Origin: a virus
Taxonomy: Duplodnaviria; Caudoviricetes
DNA length: 64,000 nt
IMG/VR virus record: IMGVR_UViG_3300010052_000131
Coordinates: 3,500-67,499 of that record
Strand: one strand, 5' to 3'
The notes under the pieces are model-generated. The model did no database searches, was not told where the DNA came from, and saw only the letters and a list, made by a program, of their open reading frames with translations. Shown piece after piece: positions 18,558 to 27,794 of the stretch. The translations under genes and the position numbers were made by a program. Position 1 is the first letter of the stretch; each line of letters starts with the position of its first letter.

Positions 18558-19049
18558 ATGAGCGGTCGCAGCGGCTATCGGAAAACCGATCGCAAGCGCA
18601 ACCGGCATGCGAGGCCTGCGCCGAAACTCGATTACGTGCTGCGCTTCCAGCTTCCAAGGCTGATCGCGGCATTTCTCGCGCCCGGCAAGCACGGTTGGGG
18701 CGTCGCGATCGGCTTCAACGACACTGTGTTCGTCGAAGGCCGCACACCGGCCCATTGCTGTGATCTTGCGGCGGACTTCTTCGAGAACATCAAAGCCCGG
18801 CAAACGCCGATCCAGATCAATGGCCACGTCGTCAGGTTGCTCCCATGCTCCGGCCACGCATCGCCAGCCTCCGAAGGCTTCAAAAAGTTGAGCATCGACC
18901 TTGAAGCCGTTCACGACAGAGTATCGCGGTTCGCGGACCAATCGCGAGCGATCTCGATCGACATCGGCGCCGACGCCATCACCTTCGCCGGCAAAGACGG
19001 CTGGAACTTCCGCGCCGTTCATCCGGGCGGAGATCGCAAGCAGGCTTGA
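18558..19049 (+). CDS. Hypothetical protein
   Basis: Start MSGRSGYRK; GAGG RBS. Confidence 0.55.
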   Translation: MSGRSGYRKTDRKRNRHARPAPKLDYVLRFQLPRLIAAFLAPGKHGWGVAIGFNDTVFVEGRTPAHCCDLAADFFENIKARQTPIQINGHVVRLLPCSGHASPASEGFKKLSIDLEAVHDRVSRFADQSRAISIDIGADAITFAGKDGWNFRAVHPGGDRKQA

Positions 19050-19314
19050 TGATATTGCCTCTCGCGCCCGCTGCCTGCCGCCGCCGTCTCATGCGCGGCC
19101 CGATGCTTTCCATGAAGCCCGCTCCGAGCTCGCCCGCGAGATCGCGAATATCGCCAAATGGCTGAGAACGGGCAAAGCGCCAGAGTAAAGCGGCGCAGCT
19201 ACATCCGGTCCTTCGACCGCCGGCGGATGATCGAGATTGATCCGGAATCGTTCGTCAATATCCGATCCGCCCGCAAGCTTGGCCTGATCGCGCCGGTGCG
19301 CAGGAAGCCGAAGG

Positions 19315-19941
19315 ATGCTTGAGCGTCCGCGTCCGCCGCAATCGCTGTTCTCGATCGAGAGCGCCAGCGACGGCATCACCTTCCTGCCGGCGCCGGAATT
19401 GCTGGAATGGCTGACCGCCACCTTTATCGCCGACGGCGCGCCGCTGCAGAACGAAGATCACGCCCATCTGCAGGTGGCCAAACTCGCCTGCCTCTGGACC
19501 ACGGTCCCGAACGGCCGCGCCGGCCGGACCATCATTGGCCAAGCCGAGTTCGGCCAGAACATCGGCGGCATGGGCAAATGGCAGCGGGGCAGGGCAGAGC
19601 AACAGATCCTCGAATGGTTTGGTTTCTGGCCCGATTTCCTGCTGACGTTCTTTGCTCCCTATGCCGATAGTTGCGGCGATGCCGAGTTCTGCGCCCTGGT
19701 GGAGCACGAGCTTTATCATTGCGGGCAGGAGCGGGACGAATTCGGGCTTCCTCGCTTCAAGAAATCCACCGGCATGCCGGCGTTCACCATACGCGGCCAT
19801 GACGTCGAAGAGTTCGTCGGCGTGGTGAGGAGGTACGGCGCCGATGCCGCCGGCGTCCGCCACCTGGTCGACGCCGCGTCCGAAGGTCCCACAGTGGCAG
19901 TCGCCGATATTGGTTTCGCGTGCGGCAACTGCCAGCGGTAA
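19315..19941 (+). CDS. Putative phage metallopeptidase
   Basis: FCALVEHELYHC (HExxH), GHDVEEFVGVVRRYG. Confidence 0.88.
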   Translation: MLERPRPPQSLFSIESASDGITFLPAPELLEWLTATFIADGAPLQNEDHAHLQVAKLACLWTTVPNGRAGRTIIGQAEFGQNIGGMGKWQRGRAEQQILEWFGFWPDFLLTFFAPYADSCGDAEFCALVEHELYHCGQERDEFGLPRFKKSTGMPAFTIRGHDVEEFVGVVRRYGADAAGVRHLVDAASEGPTVAVADIGFACGNCQR

Positions 19942-19957
19942 CGAGGGAGTATCGTCA

Positions 19958-20043
19958 TGATTGAATTCGGCATCATGGTGTTGCTGATCTGCGTCGGCGT
20001 GGCGTCGATCATCTGGGCATTGGGTCGGCTAGCCGACGCATGA
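19958..20043 (+). CDS. 28 aa membrane peptide
   Basis: GGGAG RBS; MIEFGIMVLLICVGVASIIWALGRLADA; start coordinate approximate. Confidence 0.4.
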
Positions 20044-20252
20044 CGCATTGCCCCGGCAATCCGACCCTGGCGCGGGGGCAGGCCGTGCTGTTGACCGCCT
20101 TCGCAGCGGGAGCGTTGGCGCTGTACGCGGCGGTTGCCTGGTTGGCGCTTCGCTCCGATATCGCTCCCGAAGAATGTCCGCCATATTGGCAGTGCACTCC
20201 CTCAGGCCAGAGCTGGAACCACCCAGACTGCAAGTGCTGGGACAAACGATAA
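20040..20252 (+). CDS. Small membrane-anchored Cys-rich protein
   Basis: One TM helix then CPPYWQC...DCKCW. Confidence 0.5.
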   Translation: MTHCPGNPTLARGQAVLLTAFAAGALALYAAVAWLALRSDIAPEECPPYWQCTPSGQSWNHPDCKCWDKR

Positions 20253-20258
20253 TCTTTC

Positions 20259-20515
20259 GCCCCGGAAGCGCCGTCACCCGCAGCCGCAAGGTTAGGGGAC
20301 ATCGCCGCAAGAATGCATCCCGGGGCACCAAACAAGTTGAGCGGCCGGGGACGCCTGGCTTCGACGGCAGAGCGGCCTGAGGCCACCGACGGCCAATTGT
20401 TCGGGCAGCCGCGTACCTGTTCTGCCCGTGACGCTCACGTAGCAATTTCCCCGCCGTAAGAGACGGGGGCAGGGGTGCTGTAACACCCCGAACCGCGAGC
20501 TATGAACTCGCATGA
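20259..20515 (+). ncRNA. Candidate structured RNA / leader
   Basis: 7-bp closing stem plus ACCA, GNRA hairpins, three consecutive hairpins 20450-20513. Confidence 0.35.
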
Positions 20516-20584
20516 CCTTGAGCCGATCGCTCTCGCGATCATCCCGCCACCGTGACCACGGCGGGAAATTGTGTGCCTCAGATC

Positions 20585-20830
20585 ATGCCCAAACACGAGT
20601 CTCCGGGCGCTATCCGTCCGGTGGAGATTGCGCGCGTCGTTAACGCGACCCGCGTCCGCAAGAAGAAGCTGCCCGTGCTTCCGACGAATTCGACCCGGAA
20701 GCCTCCCGACAACCGATATCGGGAGCAATACGGCTTGATCGTCATCTGCCCGAACGCGGCCGTTCAGCAAGCGCTGTACGATGCGCTGCGCACCCTGACG
20801 CATTGCAAGCTGCGCGTGGTGACCACATGA
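20585..20830 (+). CDS. Small partner protein of ABC-ATPase/GNAT
   Basis: YREQYGLIVICPNAAVQQALYDAL...KLRVVTT; ATGA overlap with next gene; GTG 20552 is an alternative start. Confidence 0.7.
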   Translation: MPKHESPGAIRPVEIARVVNATRVRKKKLPVLPTNSTRKPPDNRYREQYGLIVICPNAAVQQALYDALRTLTHCKLRVVTT

Positions 20831-21939
20831 AGGTCGCCATCCATCACCAATGCGAGGACGCCGCCAGCTACCGGGCCGCACGCGTCAAATCGCTCTTCAA
20901 CGTCGACGACGGCACCCGCTTCGACCTCGAGGCCGAACTGCCCATCGAGGAGCCCGGCTGGAATATCGGCGCGGTCGTCGGGCCGTCCGGGTCGGGCAAG
21001 TCCTCGATCGGCCAGGAAATCTTTGGTCCGGGCGCCCTATGGGGAAATGACCCTTGGCCGGTCGACAAGCCGATCATCGACGCTATCGCGCCAGACGCCG
21101 ACTTTGACCAGGTCACCGGCGCCCTGTCTGCGGTCGGGCTTGGTTCGGTTCCGGCATGGCTTCGGCCCTATCACGTCCTTTCGACGGGCGAGCGCTTCCG
21201 CGCGGATCTGGCGCGCCTCGTCTGTACAGCGCCGCCGCGCGCTGTGGTGGATGAATTCACCAGCGTCGTCGATCGCCAGATTGCCATGGTCGGGGCTCAC
21301 GCCTTCGCCAAGGCCTGGCGCCGCACCGCCGGCCAAGTCGTCGTCCTGTCCTGCCATTACGACATTCTGGATTGGCTGCAGCCGGATTGGGTATTCGATA
21401 CCCGCACCGGGCGCTTTTCCGGGAGGTGGCTTCAACGACGGCCTCCAATCGAACTCCGGATCGTCGAGACCGATTGGCGATGGTGGCCGTATTTTGAGCC
21501 GCATCACTATTTGAAGGCGCCCAGGATGATCGCCGCGACCTGCTATGTCGGCTTCGTCGGCGACGAAGCGGTGGCGCACGTCGCGTTCTCGACCCGACAA
21601 GGCTTCGTCGAAGCCCGGGCCTGCCGCCTGGTCGTCATGCCGGAATGGCAGGGCGCCGGGGTCGGCATGCGGTTCCTCAACGCCGTCTGCGCAGCATGGA
21701 GGCGCGGACGCAATCGGTACGGCCTGCCGCTGCTCACCCTGTTCCACACGTCGCACCCGGGATTGGCCGCGGCGCTTCGCCGGGATCCGATGTGGGCCCA
21801 GGTCAGTGCGCGCCTGTTCGGTGAGAGCAAGGCGCGATCGCGGACCCAGATGATCAAGTCCGGCGGCGGGGCCAGCACCGGCTACGGCGGACACTTCCGG
21901 GCCATCCAAGGCTTTCGCTACGTCGAGGGAGCCGACTGA
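20827..21939 (+). CDS. ABC-type ATPase fused to GNAT acetyltransferase
   Basis: GPSGSGKS, LSTGE, VVDEFTS, SCHYD; RLVVMPEWQGAGVG acetyl-CoA motif A. Confidence 0.88.
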   Translation: MKVAIHHQCEDAASYRAARVKSLFNVDDGTRFDLEAELPIEEPGWNIGAVVGPSGSGKSSIGQEIFGPGALWGNDPWPVDKPIIDAIAPDADFDQVTGALSAVGLGSVPAWLRPYHVLSTGERFRADLARLVCTAPPRAVVDEFTSVVDRQIAMVGAHAFAKAWRRTAGQVVVLSCHYDILDWLQPDWVFDTRTGRFSGRWLQRRPPIELRIVETDWRWWPYFEPHHYLKAPRMIAATCYVGFVGDEAVAHVAFSTRQGFVEARACRLVVMPEWQGAGVGMRFLNAVCAAWRRGRNRYGLPLLTLFHTSHPGLAAALRRDPMWAQVSARLFGESKARSRTQMIKSGGGASTGYGGHFRAIQGFRYVEGAD

Positions 21940-21960
21940 AATTGAACCGGCTCGGACGGC

Positions 21961-22425
21961 ATGGCTAATAGTGAAGAACTCACGTTCCTTCAGAAGCGCT
22001 TTCTGGTTCAACAGCTTGCGTGCTTCGAGACGCCGACGGCCGCGGCCAAGGCGTTCAAGGAGGAGTTCGGCTTCGAGCTAAAGCGGAACCGGGTCGCATT
22101 CTACAATCCGTCGACAAAGTCGGGCGCGGCGCTGGCTGACGAGTTGAAGACGCTGTTCGCCGAAACCCGGAAGGCGTTCCTCTCGGACATCGACGCCATC
22201 CCGATCGCCAACAAGGCGGTTCGGTTGCGGCATCTGAACCGGCAACTCGAGCACTTCGCCGACAAGAACGCCGCTCCCATCGTGGTGAGCATTCTGGAGG
22301 CCGCGGCAAAGGAAGTCGGCGGGGCCTTCACGAACAAGCGTGAGCACACCGGCAAGGACGGCAAAGACCTGGTACCGGCCGCCGTCGTGACCATCGTCCA
22401 GTTGCCCGACAATGGGAGAAGTTGA
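21961..22425 (+). CDS. terS: Terminase small subunit (DUF2280)
   Basis: FLVQQLACFETPT...VAFYNPS...LF.ETRKAFL...IPIANKAVRLRHL...LEAAAKEVGGAFTNK. Confidence 0.88.
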   Translation: MANSEELTFLQKRFLVQQLACFETPTAAAKAFKEEFGFELKRNRVAFYNPSTKSGAALADELKTLFAETRKAFLSDIDAIPIANKAVRLRHLNRQLEHFADKNAAPIVVSILEAAAKEVGGAFTNKREHTGKDGKDLVPAAVVTIVQLPDNGRS

Positions 22426-23809
22426 GAACGGATCGGCTAGGGTCGTCATCGGCCCGCAACCTGGTCCGCAATCGCAGTTTCTGGCCTCATCGGCCGATAT
22501 CGCGATTTACGGCGGCGCGGCCGGCGGCGGCAAGACATTCGCCGAACTGCTGGAGTGCCTGCGCCACGTCCATGTGCCGGGCTTCGGCGCGGTCATCTTC
22601 CGGCGCACCACGCCGCAGATCAGGAACGAAGGCGGCCTCTGGGACGAGAGCCTGAAACTATTCCCGCTGCTTGGCGGCGTTCCGAAGGAACACGATCTCT
22701 ATTGGTCGTTTCCCGCCGGGACGACGGTTTCGCTCTCGCACCTCGAGCACGATAAGACCGTCCTCAACTGGCAGGGATCGCAGATCCCGCTCATCTGTTT
22801 CGATGAGTTGACGCATTTCACCCAGAAGCAATTCTGGTACATGCTTTCGCGAAATCGCTCGATGACGGGCATTCGCGGTTATGTCCGTGCGACGTGCAAC
22901 CCCGACGCGGATAGTTGGGTCGCCGAGCTGATCGCTTGGTGGATCAATCAGGAGACCGGATACCCGATCCCGGAACGCGCCGGCGTGCTGCGCTGGTTTG
23001 TTCGTATCGGCGACAATATCATCTGGGCCGATCGGCCGGAAGATCTCGCGCAATATGAGGCGCTGAACGAAGACGGGGTGATGGCCCCGATTCCGCCGAA
23101 GTCGCTGACGTTCATTCCGGCGAAGCTGACGGACAACCGGGCCCTGATGAAGGCCGACCCGGGCTACATGGCCAACCTGATGGCGCTGCCATCGGTGGAG
23201 CGGGAACGCCTTCTTGGCGGCAACTGGAAAATCCGCGCCGCGGCCGGCCTGCTGTTTCAGCGCGGCTGGTGTCAAATCATCGACGTGGTGCCCGCGGGAA
23301 CGTATTTCGTCCGCGGCTGGGATTTGGCGGCGACGCCGAAGACCGAAACCAACGATCCGGACTGGACGGCCGGCAGCAAGATCGGCCGCACGATCGACGG
23401 CCGGTTCATCGTCGCGCATCATACGCGCGGGCGCATGCGGCCTTCAGAAGTCGAGCGCCTGCTGGTCAACACAGCTCAGCAAGACGGCTTCGAAACCGAG
23501 ATCGCGCTGCCTCAGGATCCGGCGCAAGCCGGCAAGGCGCAAGCCGAGCACCTGATCCGCCTGCTGGCGGGCTTCAATGTCCATGCCCGGCCGATATCGG
23601 GCGACAAGGTCGTTCGGTTCAGCCCGTTCTCCGCCCAGGCAGAAGCCGGCAACGTGATGGTGCTGCGCGGGCCTTGGAATGACGAATGGTTCACGGCGCT
23701 GGAGAGCTTTCCAGACGCCGCGCACGACGACGACGCGGATGCCACCGCCGAAGCGTTCAACGCGCTGGCGGGCGATAACCTTGCAACATGGGCGAAGCTC
23801 GCGAGCTAG
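22412..23809 (+). CDS. terL: Terminase large subunit
   Basis: YGGAAGGGKT, FDELTHF, ATCNP, RGWDLAA, HDDDADA. Confidence 0.95.
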   Translation: MGEVENGSARVVIGPQPGPQSQFLASSADIAIYGGAAGGGKTFAELLECLRHVHVPGFGAVIFRRTTPQIRNEGGLWDESLKLFPLLGGVPKEHDLYWSFPAGTTVSLSHLEHDKTVLNWQGSQIPLICFDELTHFTQKQFWYMLSRNRSMTGIRGYVRATCNPDADSWVAELIAWWINQETGYPIPERAGVLRWFVRIGDNIIWADRPEDLAQYEALNEDGVMAPIPPKSLTFIPAKLTDNRALMKADPGYMANLMALPSVERERLLGGNWKIRAAAGLLFQRGWCQIIDVVPAGTYFVRGWDLAATPKTETNDPDWTAGSKIGRTIDGRFIVAHHTRGRMRPSEVERLLVNTAQQDGFETEIALPQDPAQAGKAQAEHLIRLLAGFNVHARPISGDKVVRFSPFSAQAEAGNVMVLRGPWNDEWFTALESFPDAAHDDDADATAEAFNALAGDNLATWAKLAS

Positions 23810-23991
23810 CGCGCTTGCTTAATGCGAGCGGCAACGACGTCGATATCGTCTTCGATGGTGATCGCATCGTCTTTTCCGAGAAACTTAACGCGACAGCCTG
23901 CATTTTCCGGAGTGATCATCTGCACGTTGTCGATGTTCAACAAGACGACTTTCTTGTTCGATTTGCGGGTCACTTTAATCACGCAGGTCAT
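23806..23991 (-). CDS. Antisense moron, FlbD/SwrD-like small beta protein
   Basis: MTCVIKVTRKSNKKVVLLNIDNVQMITPENAGCRVKFLGKDDAITIEDDIDVVAARIK; GGGAG RBS; AT-richer. Confidence 0.6.
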   Translation of the reverse strand: MTCVIKVTRKSNKKVVLLNIDNVQMITPENAGCRVKFLGKDDAITIEDDIDVVAARIKQAR

Positions 23992-24044
23992 AGAAATCTC
24001 CCGGTTGGACAAAAACAACCAATAGCTGAGTATCGGCGGTTTTG

Positions 24045-25556
24045 ATGCCTCGTCTTCGCCCGCCCCAGCCGGTATCCACAATAACGGTACCCGATTCCGC
24101 CCGGGGCGCCACCAAGCGCACCCTGCAGAAGGCCATCCGGGCCGAAGTCGCCACCGCGAAGCTGATCCACACCAGCGATAGCTTCCAGAACTTTGCCGCC
24201 AAGGTCGGCATCGGTACCGACAACCAGTCGTCAGCGTCGACATACGGGTTCAATCCGATCAGCCGCAACCGCGGCCTGCTGGAATGGATGTACCGGGGGT
24301 CATGGATCTGCGGAAAGGTGGTCGACTGCCCCGCCGACGACATGACGCGCGCCGGCATCGAAATGTCCGGCGACATCGACCCGGATGATCTCGACAAGCT
24401 GCATAACGGCTTCAACGATCTGGCGATCTGGCCCGGCATCAACGCCACCGCCAAATGGGGCCGGCTGTACGGCGGCGCCATCGGCTTCATGATGATCGAC
24501 GGGCAGAAGCCCGATACGCCGCTGCGGCCGCAGACAGTGCAGAAGGGCGCTTTCAAGGGCATCCTGGTGCTCGATCGCTGGATGGTCCAGCCGAACTATT
24601 CGGAGCTGGTCACCGAGCTCGGGCCCGACCTCGGCAAGCCGAAATACTATGAGACCGTGGTCGAGGGCTTCGCCATCCCGCGGATGAAGATCCATTACAC
24701 GCGGTGCCTGCGCTACGACGGCGTCGACCTGCCGTTCTGGCAGCGGATCACGGAAAACCTCTACGGCATGTCCGTGCTCGAGCGGCTGTACGACCGCCTG
24801 GTGGCGTTCGACAGCACGACGCAGGGCGCGGCCCAGCTCGTCTACAAGGCACATCTGCGCACCCTGGCGGTTGAGGGATTGCGCAACATCATCGCCGCCG
24901 GCGGCAAGGCCCTCGAAGGCCTGGTCGGCCAGGTCGAGATGATGCGCCGCTACCAGACCAATGAGGGCGTCAGCCTGATCGATGCCAAGGATAAGTTCGA
25001 AACGCATCAGTACGCGTTCTCCGGGCTTGACCAGGTCCTGCTGGCGTTCGGGCAGCAATTGTCCGGCGCGGCGGATATCCCGCTGGTTCGGCTGTTCGGC
25101 CAATCGCCGGCCGGGCTCAACGCTACCGGCGACAGCGATATCCGGAACTATTACGACAGCATCAACCAGCAGCAAGAGTTGCGCCTTCGCCGGCCGATGA
25201 CCACGCTGCTGATCGTGCTGGCTAATTCGCTGGGCATCAAGTTACCCGACGGGTGGGGCTTCAAGTTCAACCCGCTCTGGCAAATGTCCGACAAGGAAAA
25301 AGCCGAGATAGCCGACAAGGTTTCGACCGCTGTCGACCGCGTCGAGGGTGCGGGCATTCTCGCGCCAAAGACCGCGCTGAAAGAACTGAAACAGTCGTCG
25401 CGCATCACCGGCATTTTCTCGAACATCAGCGACGAAGAGATCGCGGCGGCCTCAGACGAGCCACCTGATCCGTCGGAGATCGATGGCGCGCCAGGCGTCG
25501 GCGCCGGCCCGGTAATCGCGGACGGGCAGGGCGTTGACGGCACGGGCGATGAATAA
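24045..25556 (+). CDS. Portal protein (DUF1073)
   Basis: SDSFQNFAAKVG, YRGSWICGKVVDCPADDMTRAG, RLYGG, SGAADIPLVRLFGQSPAGLNATGDSD. Confidence 0.93.
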   Translation: MPRLRPPQPVSTITVPDSARGATKRTLQKAIRAEVATAKLIHTSDSFQNFAAKVGIGTDNQSSASTYGFNPISRNRGLLEWMYRGSWICGKVVDCPADDMTRAGIEMSGDIDPDDLDKLHNGFNDLAIWPGINATAKWGRLYGGAIGFMMIDGQKPDTPLRPQTVQKGAFKGILVLDRWMVQPNYSELVTELGPDLGKPKYYETVVEGFAIPRMKIHYTRCLRYDGVDLPFWQRITENLYGMSVLERLYDRLVAFDSTTQGAAQLVYKAHLRTLAVEGLRNIIAAGGKALEGLVGQVEMMRRYQTNEGVSLIDAKDKFETHQYAFSGLDQVLLAFGQQLSGAADIPLVRLFGQSPAGLNATGDSDIRNYYDSINQQQELRLRRPMTTLLIVLANSLGIKLPDGWGFKFNPLWQMSDKEKAEIADKVSTAVDRVEGAGILAPKTALKELKQSSRITGIFSNISDEEIAAASDEPPDPSEIDGAPGVGAGPVIADGQGVDGTGDE

Positions 25557-26359
25557 TGCCCGTCGGATTGCGCTACCGGTCGGTCGACAGGCGCCGGACC
25601 GATACGCCAAAAGACCGCGCCGCGTTCGCCAAGGTCCGCAAGGCTGAAAAGCAATACGCGACACAGCTTCGCAAGGTAGCGCGGCACGTCGGGGACATCA
25701 TCAGGAACCATCATCCTGAGACGTCGGACGGGATGGCCGAAATCCGCGCCATTCTTGCAAAGTATGCCGAGGTGATCGAGCCGTGGGCGAAGGTCGCTGC
25801 GGGGCGCATGATTGCCGACGTCGGCCGGCGTGACGAAAAGGCATGGGAAGCCAATTCGCAGGCCATGGGCCGGGCGCTGCGCGAGGAGCTCGCCAACGCG
25901 CCAACGGGGCAATTCCTTCGTGCCAAGCTGGCGGAGAACGTCGGGCTGATCAAAAGCCTGCCGATCGAGGCCGCCCAGCGCGTTCATCGCCTGACGCTTG
26001 AGGGCATCAATAACGCCACGCGCGCCGGCGAGATCGCCAAGGAGATCGGGCGCAGCGGCGAAGTGACGGTGGCCCGCGCCAACATGATTGCTCGGACGGA
26101 AGTTTCCCGAACCGCCTCAGGCCTGGTCGAGGCCCGATCCCGCCATGTCGGCTCCGAAGGTTACATCTGGCGCACGGTCGGGGACAGCGACGTCCGGAAC
26201 AAGGACGGCAACCCGGTCGGTTCGCACCGCCTGCTCAACGGCAAATTCATTCGCTGGGACAGCCCGCCGGTCGCGAGCACCAATGGCGATCGATATCACG
26301 CCGGATGCGGCCCTAACTGCCGCTGTTATCCGGAACCGGTTCTACCCGAAGACTACTAG
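25556..26359 (+). CDS. Head morphogenesis protein (Mu gpF/SPP1 gp7)
   Basis: RANMIARTEVSR, YIWRTVGDSDVR..H, HAGCGPNCRCYPEP. Confidence 0.92.
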   Translation: MPVGLRYRSVDRRRTDTPKDRAAFAKVRKAEKQYATQLRKVARHVGDIIRNHHPETSDGMAEIRAILAKYAEVIEPWAKVAAGRMIADVGRRDEKAWEANSQAMGRALREELANAPTGQFLRAKLAENVGLIKSLPIEAAQRVHRLTLEGINNATRAGEIAKEIGRSGEVTVARANMIARTEVSRTASGLVEARSRHVGSEGYIWRTVGDSDVRNKDGNPVGSHRLLNGKFIRWDSPPVASTNGDRYHAGCGPNCRCYPEPVLPEDY

Positions 26360-26380
26360 ACCCACCAAAGGACAGCCAAA

Positions 26381-26674
26381 ATGAAACGCCTGATCGTTGC
26401 CGCCATTGCCGCCACCACGCTCGCCGCGCCCGCCCTCGCCAAGGACGTCCAGTTGACGCTGAATGAGCCGCAGCAGCAGGCCTTGCTGCAGGTTCTCGAT
26501 AAGGCCACGCGCGATGGCGGCCTTGCCGCGGCCAACAGCGGCACCGTCTATTTCTTCAATCTGCTCAAGAACGCGGTCGACGCCGCCAACGCGCCGCCGC
26601 CGCCGCCCGCTCCGGAAGCCAAGGCGGAGCCGGAAGCGAAGCCTGAGCCCAAAGCAGAACCGCCGGCCCAGTAA
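26381..26674 (+). CDS. Exported small protein with Pro/Ala/Glu/Lys tail
   Basis: Sec signal MKRLIVAAIAATTLAAPALA|K. Confidence 0.75.
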   Translation: MKRLIVAAIAATTLAAPALAKDVQLTLNEPQQQALLQVLDKATRDGGLAAANSGTVYFFNLLKNAVDAANAPPPPPAPEAKAEPEAKPEPKAEPPAQ

Positions 26675-26698
26675 TCGCCACCACGCATTTCACCTTCG

Positions 26699-26728
26699 AG
26701 GCCGTCCACCAGGGCGGCCTTTTCATTT
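26699..26728 (+). terminator. Intrinsic terminator-like hairpin
   Basis: aggccgtcc-acca-gggcggcct followed by tttcattt. Confidence 0.5.
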
Positions 26729-26744
26729 GGAAAAGGGAATATCC

Positions 26745-27350
26745 ATGATCCGCAGTCGCAAGCTGGTTTCCGCTGCCATTCTCGCTGGCCTCGCATTGTC
26801 GTTCCTGCCGCTGCAGGCGATCGCGCTGACCCCGAGCTTTGCCAACCCGCCGTTCCAGCGCCCGACCTTCAGCGCCGCGGCCGTCGGCATCGCCATTCCG
26901 CAGACCGGCGCCATGGACGCGGTATGCATCGCGGGTTCCGCCACCAAGACGGTGCGGATCAAGCGCATCACGATTTCCGGCATCGACGCCACCGCGCAGA
27001 CCGCCACCGTCAACCTGGTGCTGCGCTCCGCCGCCAGCACCGGCGGTACCTCGACGTCGCCGTCGGTGGTCCCGCTGGATTCGTCGAACGCGGCCGGTAC
27101 CGCGGTCGTCAAGGCTTACACCGTCGCATCGACCCCGGGCGCCGCGATCGGCACCGTGCGTTCGCAGTCGATCGGCTTTGCCGCGGCAACCGGATCGGCC
27201 GCCCAAGCCGTCACCTGGAACTTCGACCCGGAAACCATGTCGCAGGAAGTCATCCTGCGCGGCGTGGCCCAGCAGGCCTGCATCAACTTCCCGGCCGCAT
27301 TCACCACGGCCGGCCCCACCATCAACGTCGACGTGACCTGGACTGAGTAA
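26745..27350 (+). CDS. Exported beta-sandwich virion-type protein
   Basis: Signal MIRSRKLVSAAILAGLALSFLPLQAIA|L; 2 Cys; A/G/T/S rich. Confidence 0.75.
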   Translation: MIRSRKLVSAAILAGLALSFLPLQAIALTPSFANPPFQRPTFSAAAVGIAIPQTGAMDAVCIAGSATKTVRIKRITISGIDATAQTATVNLVLRSAASTGGTSTSPSVVPLDSSNAAGTAVVKAYTVASTPGAAIGTVRSQSIGFAAATGSAAQAVTWNFDPETMSQEVILRGVAQQACINFPAAFTTAGPTINVDVTWTE

Positions 27351-27386
27351 CGGCAGCGTCAACAGTTGACCGGGAAGGGAGCGGCC

Positions 27387-27794
27387 ATGAGAAAGATCGC
27401 CGGTTACATGGCTGTCGCCGCGATCGCGCTGTTCGCGTGGTCGCTCCCGGCTTCCGCCCAAAGCGGACCCGTCAAATTCCTGTCGACGGCCGGCACGAAT
27501 TCCAACCTGGTGCGCGGCGCGCCGACGCTGCTCAAGAGCGGCGTGATCAGCAACGGCACCGCGACCGCGTACTTTCTCAAGCTTTACAACAAGACGCTGG
27601 CGCCCGTCTGCGGGACGGACATTCCGCGATGGACGGTACCGCTTCCTGCCAACAGCAACACGCCGCTGTCCCTTGGCGATGGCCTGTTCTTCCCGTCCGG
27701 CCTCGGCATCTGCCTGACGGGCGCGATCGCCGACAACGATAACACGCCTGCCGCGGCCGGCGTCGCGATCAATCTTGGGGTTTCCGGCAAATGA
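27387..27794 (+). CDS. Exported small jelly-roll virion-type protein
   Basis: Signal MRKIAGYMAVAAIALFAWSLPASA|Q; YFLKLYNK..APVCGTDIP...GLFFPSGLGICLTGA; 2 Cys. Confidence 0.75.
   Translation: MRKIAGYMAVAAIALFAWSLPASAQSGPVKFLSTAGTNSNLVRGAPTLLKSGVISNGTATAYFLKLYNKTLAPVCGTDIPRWTVPLPANSNTPLSLGDGLFFPSGLGICLTGAIADNDNTPAAAGVAINLGVSGK

Noticed and set aside
18901-19188. Separate gene overlapping 18558-19049
   Set aside because: The C-terminal half looks protein-like but no convincing start codon or RBS was found, so it is not listed as a feature
20259-20330. tRNA gene
   Set aside because: Acceptor-like stem and CCA are present, but there is no TTC T-loop, D-loop or anticodon arm; kept only as a structured-RNA candidate
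20827-21939. ABC transporter
   Set aside because: No permease or binding protein nearby; the ATPase is fused to GNAT
24045-25556. Anti-CBASS Acb1 annotation often attached to DUF1073 proteins
   Set aside because: Sequence and position are those of a portal; no 2H phosphoesterase HxT/S motifs or fused extra domain seen
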